From Hydrolagus colliei (lineage: Eukaryota): DNA of 64,000 nucleotides. The stretch covers positions 21,514,001 to 21,578,000 of the forward strand of contig CM068742.1 in assembly GCA_035084275.1 (NCBI GenBank), read 5' to 3'. Made by a program: the position numbers and the translations under genes. The notes beneath the pieces were generated by a model, which searched no databases, was not told the DNA's origin, and saw only the letters and a program-made list of their open reading frames with translations. Shown here in pieces: positions 1-11,730 of the stretch. How positions within the stretch are numbered: position 1 is the first letter of the stretch; every line of letters starts with the position of its first letter.

Positions 1-454
1 TCTAGGGTGCATCCTCAACCTCTAGTGGCTGAACCACGTTTAATATTAATGTTTTGTTTCCCATATCATTTCCCTCAATGGATTATAACTGCGCTAGGGG
101 AACAATGTTGTCAAATATTCTGTTCTTACTTCCTATTTTACCCACCCTGGGGTTACCTTTACCTTTACCTGTTGCCTTTACCAATTACCTTATCAGTAAG
201 TGTGGTGATATCATACGACACCAACAACAACAACAAAATTCAACCACAAAATTACGTTTATAGAGTGCCTTTCACGTTGGGAGGACATCCCAAGACTCCC
301 TGTCTGGGAGCTCTTCTGCATATTACTAGATAAGCAGATGGAAATTCTTTGCTTTTTGTAGCAATTTGATAGTGGTTACTAAAATGCTCCCACAAAATAT
401 ACAGCCATCCATTTTACAGTATATTCCGTGAAGTACTTTGAGACGTCTCAAAGG

Positions 455-965
455 TGTGATTAACAACAACAACAAAATTACATTTTATTAGAGCGCTTTC
501 ATGTTGGAAGAACTTCCCAAGGTGCTGAACAGTCACGTCGGGACCTGAGCAAAGGGGAAAGGCAGGGTAGTGGGGAGGGGGGAGAATTAGCAGAGGAAGA
601 AGAGAGTTGGGAGGGCTCCAGAAGGCACAATCGAAGAGGAGGGTCTTGAGACCAGCCTTGAAGGAGGTAAGGGAGGAAGCGAGATGAATGGACTGTGGGA
701 TTGAGTGTCAGAGTATGAGGGCAGAGAGACTGAAAGCCCGTACACCGACAGTAGGGTGGGTTAGGCGGGGGACATGGAGCAGACCAGAGCCCACTGAATG
801 AAGAGGGCGAGCAGATTCATAGGGGGACAGCAGATCAGAGAGATAGGAGGAGGCAAAGCTGTGAATGGCCGTGAAAGTGAGGATGGGCATCTTGAATTCA
901 ATCCTCTGGGGGATGGGGAGCCAATGGAGCTGGACGAGGTTGGAGTGATGTGGTCACGGACCTTG
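455..965 (-). mobile_element. L2-type LINE 3' fragment
   Basis: (aac)n tail with the shared L2 3' end (cattt...agcgctttcatgttggaagaacttcccaaggtgctgaacag). Minus-strand frame resembles the L2 RT C-terminus (YLSDLLSPY..ARPLHS.GSGLLHVPR). Confidence 0.8.
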
Positions 966-1689
966 GTGCGCTATATCAAATGCAAGGATTACTATTATTA
1001 ATTAAAATTCCCAAACGGTCACCAAGATTCTGGAGAAAATAAATGGCTGTATGTTTCTTAAAAGTTGTGATTTGCAGTGTAATAGTTTGGCTTCTGTTTC
1101 TGTTGAGGGGCTGGCTGCTGCTTTGAGGAATTCAACAAGTGAAGTAAAAAGAAAGAACAGATAAAAACAAATGAAAGGGGTAGTGAAAGATGAAAGGAGA
1201 GCCAAGTGATTAAATGGAAAGTGTCAATTTGGCTTGCCTTTGAGTCAGAAGATTTTAATTTCCAACACCATATCGGAACTTTGAGCTCACAGATTAAACT
1301 AAGGTTTTCAGGTAGACATTAAGGATCCCATGAAAAACGGAGGGAATTTCTACTGATGGTCTTAGCATATAACCAAATATAATTGTTCATTCACTGCAGG
1401 CCTATTTGTGAAACATTATGGCGTGCCAATTCACTCCTACAAAACACAAGGTCACTTGTGGTTCACAGTAAATTCATGTGAAACGCTTTGATACACCCTC
1501 CTGACATGAAAGATGTTATATCAAATACACAGAATATTATAACAATCCTTGCATTTGGTATAGCACCTTATCATATTGTAAGGATGTCTCAAAACGCTTC
1601 ACAGGATTTACTTGAAGTAGAGTGACTGTGTATTTGAAAGCCAATGCGGCAGCCAAATTGCGCACAGCAACGCCCCACGAACAGCTATG

Positions 1690-3527
1690 AACAACAGATC
1701 AGGGAAATGAATGCATGGCTGAAAGTGTGGGATGAGAAGGAGGGCTTCCATTTCATAGAACACTGGCACCACTACTGGGACAGGAATGAGCTGTACTGCT
1801 GGGATGGGCTACATCTGAATAGGGCTGGGACGAAGGCACGAGTGAAAAGAATAAAAACTGCTGTAAAGGCTTTAAACTAGTAAGGGGGATGGAAACAATA
1901 ACAAAAACATAAGTCTAGGAGAGGATGAGAGCAATAATCAAGATAACAAGCTCTCTAGGAAAAGAAAAGACAATAGGAAGTTATCACGAAAGGTGTGTAA
2001 AAAAACAAAAGGTGGGAGAAGAACATTGTCAGGGCATTTAGGCATGCTTGGGACAGTTACCAAAATAACAACAATAATAAAATTGCACTTATATAGCGTC
2101 TTTCACGTCGGGAGGATGTCGCAAAGCGCTGAAAGTTACGTAATAAATAAGTTGAAAGTTATGTTATAAATAAGTTATGTATACAAATGCATGTAGCATT
2201 CGGAATAAAACAAGTGAGTTAGAAGCATAAATTTAACAACAATAACAACTTGGATTTATATAGTGCCCCCCCCCCACACCAGATAGTCTTATAGTGCTTT
2301 CCAATAACAAATCCTGGTGCCAAGCCAGGGGAAGGGGAAGAAAGTGACCGAAAGCCCAGTCGAAAAGAAAGGTCTTCAGCCGAGACCTGAAAGTATGAAG
2401 AGAGGGGGTGAGGCGAAGGGAGTCGGGAAGGGAGTTCCAGAGCCTCGGGGCGTAGTGGCTGAAGGCACGGCCGCCGATGGTGGAGCAGAGGATTCGGGGA
2501 ACAATGAGGAGGCCAGACCCGGTGGAGTGAAGGCAACGGGTACTGTTGTGAGGAGAGAGGAGGTCAGAGAGATATGGGGGTGCAGAGGAGTGGAGGGATT
2601 TAAAAACAAGAGTGAGGATCTTGAAATCGATCGTGTCCAGGACAGGGAGCCAGTGCAGTCTGGCAAGGACTGGGGTAATTGGGCAGTGGAGTTTGGTACG
2701 GGTAAGAATGCAGGCGGCAGAATTCTGGATGACCTGGATTTTATGAATGGTAGAGGAGGGGAGACAAGCGAGGAGGGCATTTGAATAGTCCAGCTGAGAA
2801 CAACAACAATAACAACAACAATAACAACAAAGTTACATTTATAGAGCGCCTTTCACATCAGGAGGACGTCCCAAGGCGCTGAACAGTCAGGATGGCATCC
2901 AAGCAAGGGAGAGGGGCAGGTAGGGAGGGGCGGGAGAGAGTTAGGAAGGGAGGGAGAGATTTGGTAGGGCAGCAAAAGGCATGGTCAAAGAGGAAGGTCC
3001 TGAGACCAGCCTTGAAGGAGGCGAGGGAGGGAGTGAGGTGAAGGGACTGTTGAATGGAAAAGTGACAAAGGCATGGATCAGCTTAAAATATATGAAGTAA
3101 TAGCCATTATGGAGACCTGGGAGCTAAATATTCCAGGCTATAAGATCTTTAGAACATACAGGGACATTGGAAAAGGACGAGGAATAGCAATATTGATATT
3201 ATAGCAGTGGAAAGCAAAGATTTCAGTGAGGGCCATCAGGTAGTGGAGACACTGGGTAGAAATAAGGAACAACAAAGAAGATAAGACTCTGTTGAGAGTA
3301 GCCTACAGACCTCAAGAGAGCTGTGATGTAATGGGGAAATGTACAAATATGGAGATCAGGGAAGCATGTAGTTAAAGCAATGTGGTTATAATGGGAGATT
3401 TTAATTTTCACATAGACTGGGAGAACATGGACACCTCGGATAGTAAAAGCAATGAATTTCTAGAATTTATTCAGGACAGTAGTTTGGAACAATATGTGTT
3501 AGAACCAACAAGGGAACAAGCCATAAC
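1690..3527 (+). mobile_element. CR1-type LINE (ORF1 esterase end plus ORF2 endonuclease start), interrupted by L2 insertions
   Basis: 1690-1880 encodes NAWLKVW..KEGFHFIEHW..YW...ELY..DGLHLN (SGNH ORF1 end). About 2160-2220 gives the ORF2 start (MYTNA.SIRNK). 3080-3527 has IAIMETW and VIMGDFNFHIDW endonuclease motifs. Confidence 0.8.
2235..3050 (-). mobile_element. Two L2-type LINE 3' fragments nested in CR1
   Basis: (aac)n tails at about 2235 and 2800, each followed by an L2 3' end. The minus strand reads as L2 RT C-terminal sequence (IQNSAARILT, SIDFKIL). Confidence 0.8.
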
Positions 3528-4030
3528 AACAACAACAATCAGAACTTGGATTTATATAGCGCCCTCCATGCCAGACGGTGTCTCAGAGCGCTTCTCCAAA
3601 GCGGAGCCTGAGGTCAAGCCAGTGGGAGGGTGAAGGTGACTGTAGGCATGATCGGAACAGAAAGGTCTTCAGGCGCAACCTGAAAATAGAAAAGGAGGGG
3701 GTGAGGCGGAGCGATTGAGGGAGGGAGTTCCAGAGTTTCGGAGCGTAGTGACTGAAATCATGGCCATTGATGATGGAATGGAGGATTCGGGAGACAAGGA
3801 GGGCAGACCTAGCAGAGCAGAGGCAGCGGGTACTTCTGTGAGGAGACAGGAGGTTAGAGAGAGAGGGGCGTGCAGAGGAGTGGAGGGATTTAAACACAAG
3901 AGTGAGGATCTTGAGTCGATCTGCTCTGTGACAGGGAGCTAGTGAAGTCTGGCGAGGACTGGGGTAATCAGGGAGCGAAGCTTGGTTTAGGTGTTAATTG
4001 CGGTGGTGGAGTTCTGTATGAGCTGGATTT
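3527..4030 (-). mobile_element. L2-type LINE 3' fragment
   Basis: (aac)n tail. Minus frame FKSLHSSARPSLSNLLSP...FSHYAPKLWNSLPQSLR...FRLRLKTFLF. Confidence 0.82.
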
Positions 4031-4037
4031 TGTGAAT

Positions 4038-5565
4038 GAACATAAGAATATAAGAACATAAGAATTAGGAGCAGGAGTAGGCCATTCGATCCCTCGAGCT
4101 TGCCCTGCAGTTCAATAAGATCATGGCTGGTCTTCTGACCTAACTCTAATTACCTGCCCTATCCCCATATCCCATTATCCCTCTATTTTTCAAAAAATCT
4201 ATGAGTCTCAGCCTTGAAAATGTTTAAGGATTTAGCATCTACAGGCTTCTGGGGTAGTGAATTCCATAAATTGTGAAGAAATGTTTCCTCAACTCTGTTC
4301 TAAAAGGTTGACCCTTAATTTTAAGACTGTGACCCCTGGTTATAGATTCTCCTACCAGGGGAAACAGTCCCTCCTTGTCTACTTTATCCAGCCCTTTAAG
4401 AATCTTATATGTTTCAATAAGATCTCCCCTAATTCTTCTGTACTCTAGAGAATACAGCCCTAGTTTATTCAACCTATCCTCATAGGTCAGTCCCCTCATC
4501 CCAGGAACTAACCTAGTGAATCTACGCTGCACCAGCTCTAAGGCAAGTATGTCCTTTTTTAAATAAGGAGACCAAAACTGTGCACAATACTCTTTGTGTG
4601 GTCTCACCAAAGCCCTATACAGTTGCAGCAAGGCTTCCCTACTCTTGTACTCTAAACCTTTTGCAATGAACGCTAACATGCCATTCGCCTTCTTAGTTGC
4701 TTGCTGTACCTGCAAACTAACTTTTTGCAACTGGTGTACAAGGATACCCAAATCCCTCTGAACACTAACATTATCTCATCTCTCCCCCTCTAGAAAATAA
4801 TCTGTTTTTCTATTTTTACTACCTAGGTGAATAACTTCACACTTCCCCACATTAAATTCCACCTGCCACCTACTTGCCCACTCCCCCTAGCCTATCTATA
4901 TTCCAGTGCAATCTTTTTGCATCATCCTTAGAGCTTGCTCTCCCACATAGTTTAGTGTCATCCGCAAATTTAGATACGTTACATTCAATGTCCTCGTCTA
5001 GATCATTGATGTAAATTGTAAATAGCTGAGGCCCAAGCACTGATCCTTGTGACACTCCACTAGCCACATCCTGCCAATTTGAGAATGACCCGTTTATCCC
5101 TACTCTCTGTTTTCTACCCATTAGCCACTCTTTAATCTATGATAATATGCTCGCATTAATCTAGTGGGCCTTAACCTTGTGCAATAGCCTTTTATGTAGC
5201 ACTTTGTCAAATGCCTTCTTAAAATCTAAATATACTACATCTACTGGTTCCCCCCCTATCTAACCTGCTAGATGCATCCTCAAAAAACTCTAACAGATGA
5301 GTTAAGCATGACTTCCCTTTTGTAAAGCCATATTGACTCTGCCTAATCTTGTTATGGTCTTCCAGGTATCCCAGAACGACATCCTTAATTAAGGATTCAA
5401 GAATTTTCCCTATCACTGATGTCAGATTAACTGGTCTATAATTCCCCATCTTTTCTCTCCCACCCTTCTTAAATAGTTGTGTTACGTTTGCAATCTTCCA
5501 ATCACTGGGAACCGTTCCCGAATTCAGAGAATTTTGAAAGATCAAAGACAAACCATCCACTATCT
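4038..5565 (-). mobile_element. CR1-type LINE ORF2 (RT to 3' end), frameshifted
   Basis: Minus-strand ORFs GNYRPVNLTS, QGSVLGPQLF, SKFADDTKL, LYRALVRPH.EYC.QFWSP, QRRFTRL, RGDLIETYKI. (cataagaa)n 3' tail at 4038-4060. Confidence 0.92.
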
Positions 5566-5570
5566 CAGTT

Positions 5571-5907
5571 TATAATATAATCCTTGCATTTCATATAGCG
5601 CTTTTCACATCTTATCAACGTCCAAAAGTGCTTCACAGAATATACTGTAAACTGAATTGACTGTATATTTGTGGGCGAATCGCGGCAGCCAATTAATTGC
5701 ACACAGCAGTGTCCCACAAACAGTCGTGGATTGAAATGACCAATTTTATTATTCTGGTTTTTTTGGATGGTTTATTATTAGGCGTGTGGAGTAAGGAAAC
5801 TTGCCCAAGGTTTCGCCCTGACCTGCCTGGATTCGAACACAGGTCTCCCCAGCTTGGTCTTCCCAGCTTGCAAGACAAGTACTCTAACCACTGAGCCACA
5901 GGAGCTC
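5571..5907 (-). mobile_element. tRNA-derived Deu-domain SINE with L2-like tail
   Basis: Reverse complement starts GGAGCTCCTGTGGCTCAGTGGTTAGAG (A box) ...TGTGTTCGAATCC (B box), then the Deu-like core TGTTTGTGGGACACTGCTGTG...GGCTGCCGCG and a GAAAAGCGCTATATGAAATGCAAGG tail. Confidence 0.88.
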
Positions 5908-6410
5908 CACAATGTTGGCCTCTATCTCGAGAGGCCTGGAATACAAAGGGGGAAGAAATGATGCTTCAGCTGTATAGAGTGTTAGACAGGCCCTAGCTGG
6001 ATTACTGAGTTCAGTTTTGGGCACCACACCTCAGCAAAGATATATTGGACCTGGAGAGCAGTGCAGGTTCACCAGAATGTTCACCAGGCCTAAAAGGGTT
6101 AAGTTACGAGGAAAGGTTGTATAAATTGGATTGTATTATCTTGAGTTTAGAAGGTTGAGGGGTGATTTGATTGATGTATTTAAGATGATAAAGGGATTTG
6201 ATGTGGTAGATAGAAATAAGCTGTTTCCTCTGGTGGGGAATCTAAAACAAGGGGCCATTGTCTTAAAATTAGAACTGGGCCATTTAAGAGTGAAATCAGG
6301 AAGCATTCTTTTTGCTCAAAGGGTCTGTAAAGGGTCAGAAATCTGTAATTCTCTCCCCAAAATGTCATGGATGCTGGATCCATCCACACCTTCAAGAGTG
6401 AGGCAATGGA
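5908..6410 (+). mobile_element. CR1-type LINE 3' fragment, degraded
   Basis: Residual motifs LYRVLDRP.L.Y.VQFWAPHL and LEFRRLRGDLIDVFKMIKGFD. Confidence 0.8.
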
Positions 6411-7989
6411 ATAGTACCAAAAATTCTGATGTTTTGCACAATTACTGAATCAAATTCATTCTGCAAATGCACATTTTCTCATTGCTTCATAATACTGGTT
6501 GTGGAGGTGAACACCACAGCCATCCCACCCCTCAACCTCAGGACAATGGTTTGGGTTTTCAAAATTGTTCAACTTGACAGATGCCTCGTTTTGACTGTGC
6601 TTCCCCCATCCCCGACCAGTATTGGAGTATTTGCCTTAGAGGCTTCTTGTTAAATTAAATCAGCATCCTATTTTTAACTTTACTGAAATGCCCAGCTTTG
6701 TGGTAGGTAGGAATACAGCATGGAAGTGACCACAACTACTTTTGAAGGGGCTTTTTACATGTAAAATGAAGCCGCTGGAACAGACTTTTACAATTCTATT
6801 GTCTCAATGCTTTTTCTGAGACCTTGCATCGACTGCCTTTCACCACCTGTCTAGTTATTTTATCTTTAATCCATTATGCTCTTCTTCGTTTGCCTGTGTG
6901 CCCACATACTTTTATTTTGCATGCTTTTATTTTGGTGTTCAGTAATGTCTTTGTTCATCAATAAAAGGGGAAGGTAGGGAAAGAAAGGATATCTGCACTT
7001 CTGCAGTGTAACTTCTGTAGCTTTACACATCCTTTTGGAATCTATTGAGACAGCCACAAGGGTCTCACAGGAGCCTGCCAAGAGACCAATAATGTAGCCA
7101 TGATGCAATGATAATAGTCAGCCATATGATCCGTCTGTGAAGAAATGAGATGTTATTGTTCCTTGTGTCTGTTAAAGTAGCTCCAGTTCCTCCTGATAAT
7201 TGTGTGGTTGTGAAGCCTGGAGTATTTCAGATGATTCAGTTACAGATTCGATTTGGCGATACTTTCAGTCAGACAGAGGGAAGAAAAATTAAAAACATCA
7301 AATATGACAGATGCTTTTAGCATCCTCATTCTTAATTCATGTCATAAACACAAACTTATTTATGCAGCGTAATGTTCCTATTTGTTACTGTTACAGAGAG
7401 TGTTAGCAAGCAAATTTTTACTCTTTGTCTGTGTATTTGAAAGCTTTTCAGTGGTGTTTTTTTCCTTCCCTCAAACAAAAGTACACCAGCTGCTTTCAGT
7501 GAAACAAATGTCAATAAAGTCTGTGTAAGAGGCAACTGAGATCATCAAAGTAGAATGAGTTTTCAAAATATATAGAGAAATGAATTATATATGTAAACAA
7601 TCCTTTCATTTTCATATTTTGTGCTTCCAATTACAGTAGAACATCAGTTATCCACATGTCTATTTATCTGCATCAGGTTTAGATGTGGTAGTGGATGTGG
7701 GACACGTAAAAAAGTTGCATCTTTGTGCGAGGAAATTGCTAGCTTAGTAACCTCACACTCATGTACAAGCTCTATGGGATGCTACCCTGGGTGAGGGGCA
7801 CTATATAAATGCAAGTTCTTCCTATTCGTTTCATAACAAATGTTAAAGAAAAATATTGGCATTCAAGTTTTACAGTGGCTCATACACAAATGGATTACAT
7901 AGTATATAAACTACCAGCAAGCTGATAACATATAGCAAAAATGACCACAGACACAAAACTGCTAGCTGAGTAGAATATTGGTAACTGTG

Positions 7990-8280
7990 AAAAACTTAAG
8001 CATATACCTTACAAGCAAGAGACCTGAGTTTGTTTCCCAGCAAGGCGAAACCTTAAGCAAATTTCCTTAATCCACGCACCTGGTAATAATCCCTCCAGAA
8101 AACCCCCCAGTAATAAATTAGTCATTTCAATCGACAGCTGTTTGTGGAACAATTGGCTGCTGCGTTTCGCCCACAAACATCCAGTCGATTCACTTTACAG
8201 TATATTTTTGTGAAGAGCTTTGAGATGTCTAGAAGATGTGAAAAGTGCTACATCAAACGCAAGGATTATTTTATTTATTA
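7990..8280 (+). mobile_element. tRNA/Deu SINE, degraded
   Basis: GAAACCTTAAGCAAATTTCCTTA body, TGTTTGTGGAACAATTGGCTGCTGCGTTTCGCCCAC core and a GGATTATT tail, as in the other copies. Confidence 0.75.
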
Positions 8281-8534
8281 ACCCCAAAAAGGTCACACGA
8301 AAGGGAACCTTTTAGCTGCGTGTAACACAAAGAGAACAAAGTTAGCAGAAGGAGAAAGATGGAGAAGTAAATCAGCACTGTGCCTGAGACATAAAACATT
8401 TTCATACCTGTTAAAAATCCCTGAATCACTTTGCGATTTGAAGACCAAATGAAATGATGAGTTATCAGTGGTACATACATAGAAACACCATTTTGAAAGT
8501 TTGAAAACCTGATAACTCATTATTTCATTTGGTC

Positions 8535-8630
8535 TTATGAGATATCCTGGGTGACTAGTTATGAGATATCCTGAGTGACAGGTTATGAGATATCCTGGGT
8601 GACTAGTTATGAGATATCCAGGGTGACTAG
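8535..8630. repeat. 24-bp minisatellite, 4 copies
   Basis: Unit TTATGAGATATCCTGGGTGACTAG repeated at 8535, 8559, 8583 and 8607 with 1-3 substitutions and no spacers. Confidence 0.93.
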
Positions 8631-8800
8631 TTATCATAACATTTCTTATGGGAAATAGCCAGGAAATTTAATGGATGACCAGTTATGCAGGGTTAACAAT
8701 TTATCCCGGGGCAAATAATTAGGGATTCACTGTACTGTAGTTTCATTTCTTTCAAATGCCTTGCTCCCTTACTGTTTGTTTGTTTTTGTTTTTGTACCAG

Positions 8801-8915
8801 TTAGAGGATGATATTATAGCAAAAAGCAACTATCTACAGACCATGAAAAACTTCGCGCAGCAACAGACTTCGGATGATTGGATGATCCTGGAGTTTTCCC
8901 AGCTTGGATTTATTG
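8801..8915 (+). CDS. MGAT4B-like: MGAT4-family alpha-1,3-mannosyl-glycoprotein 4-beta-N-acetylglucosaminyltransferase, first coding exon visible in window (LEDD...EFSQLGFI)
   Basis: tttgtaccag|TTAGAGGATGAT...TTTATTG|gtaaaa. Translates to [38 protein letters not shown](G), matching MGAT4[40 protein letters not shown]. 115 nt, ends in phase 1. Confidence 0.96.
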
Positions 8916-10694
8916 GTAAAAACAACTATAGTCAGATAATTTTTATATGTGGAAGTGGATCTATTTGGGATTCAATGTTTAGCATGTATTTAAAAACTGT
9001 TTTATATATTCTTATTTCTCAGAACATCTTTAATGAGCTGCAGTGAGCTTTCGTGAAATTACTTTCTCACTTGGCTCACAAAAGGCCTTGTGTGAAACCA
9101 TGCAAAACAGACTAGGGATGTTCCCAGGCCTGGGATGAATTGAATAATCTCAGCAGGGCAGCAGAATAGTCTGGCTTCAGCATCGCAGGGAAGAAACACA
9201 TCAATCTATCATTGGTCTATGCTAAAAAGTGGCCATGTTTAGATGAGTGTAGGACAGGATCTAGTTTGGCTGTGATATCCCCACAGGTTGCTGGCACTAA
9301 TTGTCTCAGATCACACACGACCTCTTTCCCTTCAGCCTCTGGAATTAATCTCAGTTTTGTTTGAGATGTGACAGTGGCACTACAACAACAACTTGCATTT
9401 ATATAGCACTCCAAGCTGATCAGTGTCTCAGAATGCTTAACAGTAGCAGAGTCCGAAGCCAAACCATGGGGAGGAACGAGGTGACCATAATAACAACAAC
9501 AACAAAATTACACTTGGATAGTGCCTTTCAGGAGGACAGTCAAAGAGGAAGAATCTTCACTGCAACGTTATGCAACCAAGAACCAGGTGGAATCTTGACC
9601 CAAATCTCACATTGCCTTTCATTTTTGGTGCTGTTGTCCTTGGCCAACAATGATATCTGAAATCTCACATTGTCCAGAATATTAACAGGGATTGAGTTGC
9701 CTTTTATATGAACTGACAAAATTAAATAGAAATAGATTTCCATTTCTAAGTATATTCAACTGTGTCTTGAAATTGGAAACAAGGTCTTCATTCACCCTTC
9801 TTTGCCTTCACAAAAATACAAAAAGTCTTGTGTTTTTAGTTTGCCATTGTTTTCAAAAGAAACTGCTAACTGTTAATCATATTATAAAAGAGAGAGTTAT
9901 TTTGTAGCATTTTTGTAGTTTAAATACAAAAGAACTGTACTGTATTTCAGAATTTGGAGCAAAATTTGGTTTGCAGAAATCATATCGAGTTTCCTACATT
10001 TTACATCCTCAATAGGGTGTAGCTTTTAAGGAATAAATTGAAGTCTACTTCCACAGATGAATGCTGACATTTGAGCTCCACTGTCTCCATTTTTGCAGCT
10101 ACTGCTATATTGCAAATCTTTAAACATGAAACAGATTTAAGAATCCTTTAGGAGCCTGGATTTGAAAGCTTGCTAATGGTAAAAATAATAATATCACACA
10201 AAAGTAATGTTTTAAAATAAGCTTATTTCTCAATCCAAACTGCTGGAGAATTACATACTTATCTTTATGATACTTTAATGAACAGCATAGTATCCTGTCC
10301 AGCACATTTGTCTGTTACCTGATAGCCCAGCTCACAGTAGGTGCCTTGTTTTTCGTATCTTCATACTTTTCACATTTATTAATGTTTGCCCCTTTTTAAT
10401 TGAAAAGAGGATCAGATGTTAGCCTACAAACTGCCTGCTGCCCAGCTGGTGCTCTATCGATGACCATACTGCTTAAAGCTCTACTATCAGTTTCCCAGTT
10501 TTCTATCTTACATCAATCAATACATTTCAGTGGTCTTCACTTAGCAACTCATTCTAATTACATTTGGTAATTCTATACTGCAAATGCTACCAGATTTATA
10601 AAAGAGACTGTCTTTAAACAAGCAACAAATAGATAAGTTGGGGCTCTGCCTTCTTGAAGAGAGTTGTCTAACCTTCCTATAGAGGTATCCCTAT

Positions 10695-10837
10695 ATTTCG
10701 CCCACAAATATAATCAATTCTCCTACTCTCCTTCATCCTGCTCTGATCCCTTCCCCCCTGATCTTGTCCCTACCTGACTGTACAGAGCCTTGGGATGTCC
10801 TCTCGACGAGAAAGGCGCTATGTAAATGTAAGCTCTG

Positions 10838-10870
<33 letters not shown>

Positions 10871-10895
10871 CGATCGATCGATTGATTGATCGATC
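10695..10895 (+). mobile_element. Deu-SINE variant 3' part with alternative L2 tail and (GATT/GATC)n microsatellite
   Basis: TTTCGCCCACAAATATA (Deu end) then CCTACCTGACTGTACAGAGCCTTGGGA...GAAAGGCGCTATGTAAATGTAAGC and (attg)n. The same structure occurs at 55190-55345. Confidence 0.7.
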
Positions 10896-10976
10896 CCTGG
10901 TATAGCACCTTGGGATGTCCTCCTGATGTGAAAGGCACTATACTACAAGTATATACAAGTGTTTGTTGTTGTTGTG

Positions 10977-11280
10977 ATTCTGTAGCTCAGTGGTTACAGC
11001 ACTCGCCTTGCAATCAAGTGAGTTTCAGGCATGGACAAACCTTGGGCAAGTTTCCTTACTCCACACTCCTAATAATAACCCCTCAACAAAATAATAATAA
11101 AAAATTGGTCATTTCAATCCATGACTGTTTGTGGGACACTGCTGTGTGCAATTCGCTGCCGCATTTCACCCACAAATATACAGTGAATTCACTTTACAGT
11201 AAATTCTGTGAAACGCTTTGAGACTTGATAAGATGGAAAAGCGCTGTATCAAATACAAGGATTATTATTATTTTTACAGT
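10977..11280 (+). mobile_element. tRNA/Deu SINE
   Basis: CTGTAGCTCAGTGGTTACAGCACTCGCCTTGCAA head, Deu core and GGATTATTATTA tail. Confidence 0.85.
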
Positions 11281-11339
11281 AATATTGTTATCTCTACCTC
11301 TCAAGGTCCCTTTGGCTTGCCCACTCCCTTTCCTCCTTT

Positions 11340-11730
11340 GCCTATCTCTCTGACCTACCAATCTGCCCGTTCCTATCAGCCTGCCCGTTCCCTCCATGCA
11401 GCGGGCTCTGGCCTGCTCCATGTCCCCCGCCCAAACCATCCTACCATCGGTTGCCAGGCTTTCAGTCTCTCGGCCCCCACACTCTGGAACTCCATCCTGC
11501 AATCCCTTCGCCTCACTTCCTCCCTTTCCTCCTTCAATGCTGGTCTCAAAACTTCCTCTTCAACCATGCCTTCTGCTCCCCTCCTAACTCTCCCCCCTCT
11601 CCTACTCTCCTTCTTCCTGTCCCTACCCCAACCTAACTGCTCAGGTCCCGATCTAACTGTTCAGCGCCTTAGGACGTCCTCCCAACGTGAAAAGTGCTCT
11701 ATGAATATAGTTTGTTGTTGTTGTTGTTCA
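11340..11730 (+). mobile_element. L2-type LINE 3' fragment
   Basis: SYQPARSLHAAGSGLLHVPRPNHPTIG.QAFSLSAPTLWNS and a (ttg)n tail. Confidence 0.82.

Noticed and set aside
5860-5907. tRNA-like sequences with A and B boxes (also about 10980, 27140-27187, 34790-34842, 42475)
   Set aside because: Each continues into a Deu core and LINE-like tail and lacks a 3' acceptor stem. These are SINE heads, not tRNA genes.
7047-7070. GAGACAGCCACAAGGGTCTCA, similar to a short stretch of LF-SINE
   Set aside because: The match is about 20 bp with no extendable flanks, which is compatible with chance.
8535-8630. Regular 24-bp direct repeats resembling a CRISPR array
   Set aside because: The units are contiguous with no unique spacers, there are no cas genes, and the context is a vertebrate intron.
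1-8800. Search for the preceding MGAT4 exon (WRTKQNLDY...YYVQ)
   Set aside because: No match found by eye. AGATGGAGAAGT at about 8357 diverges immediately and has no acceptor. The exon is presumably upstream of the window.
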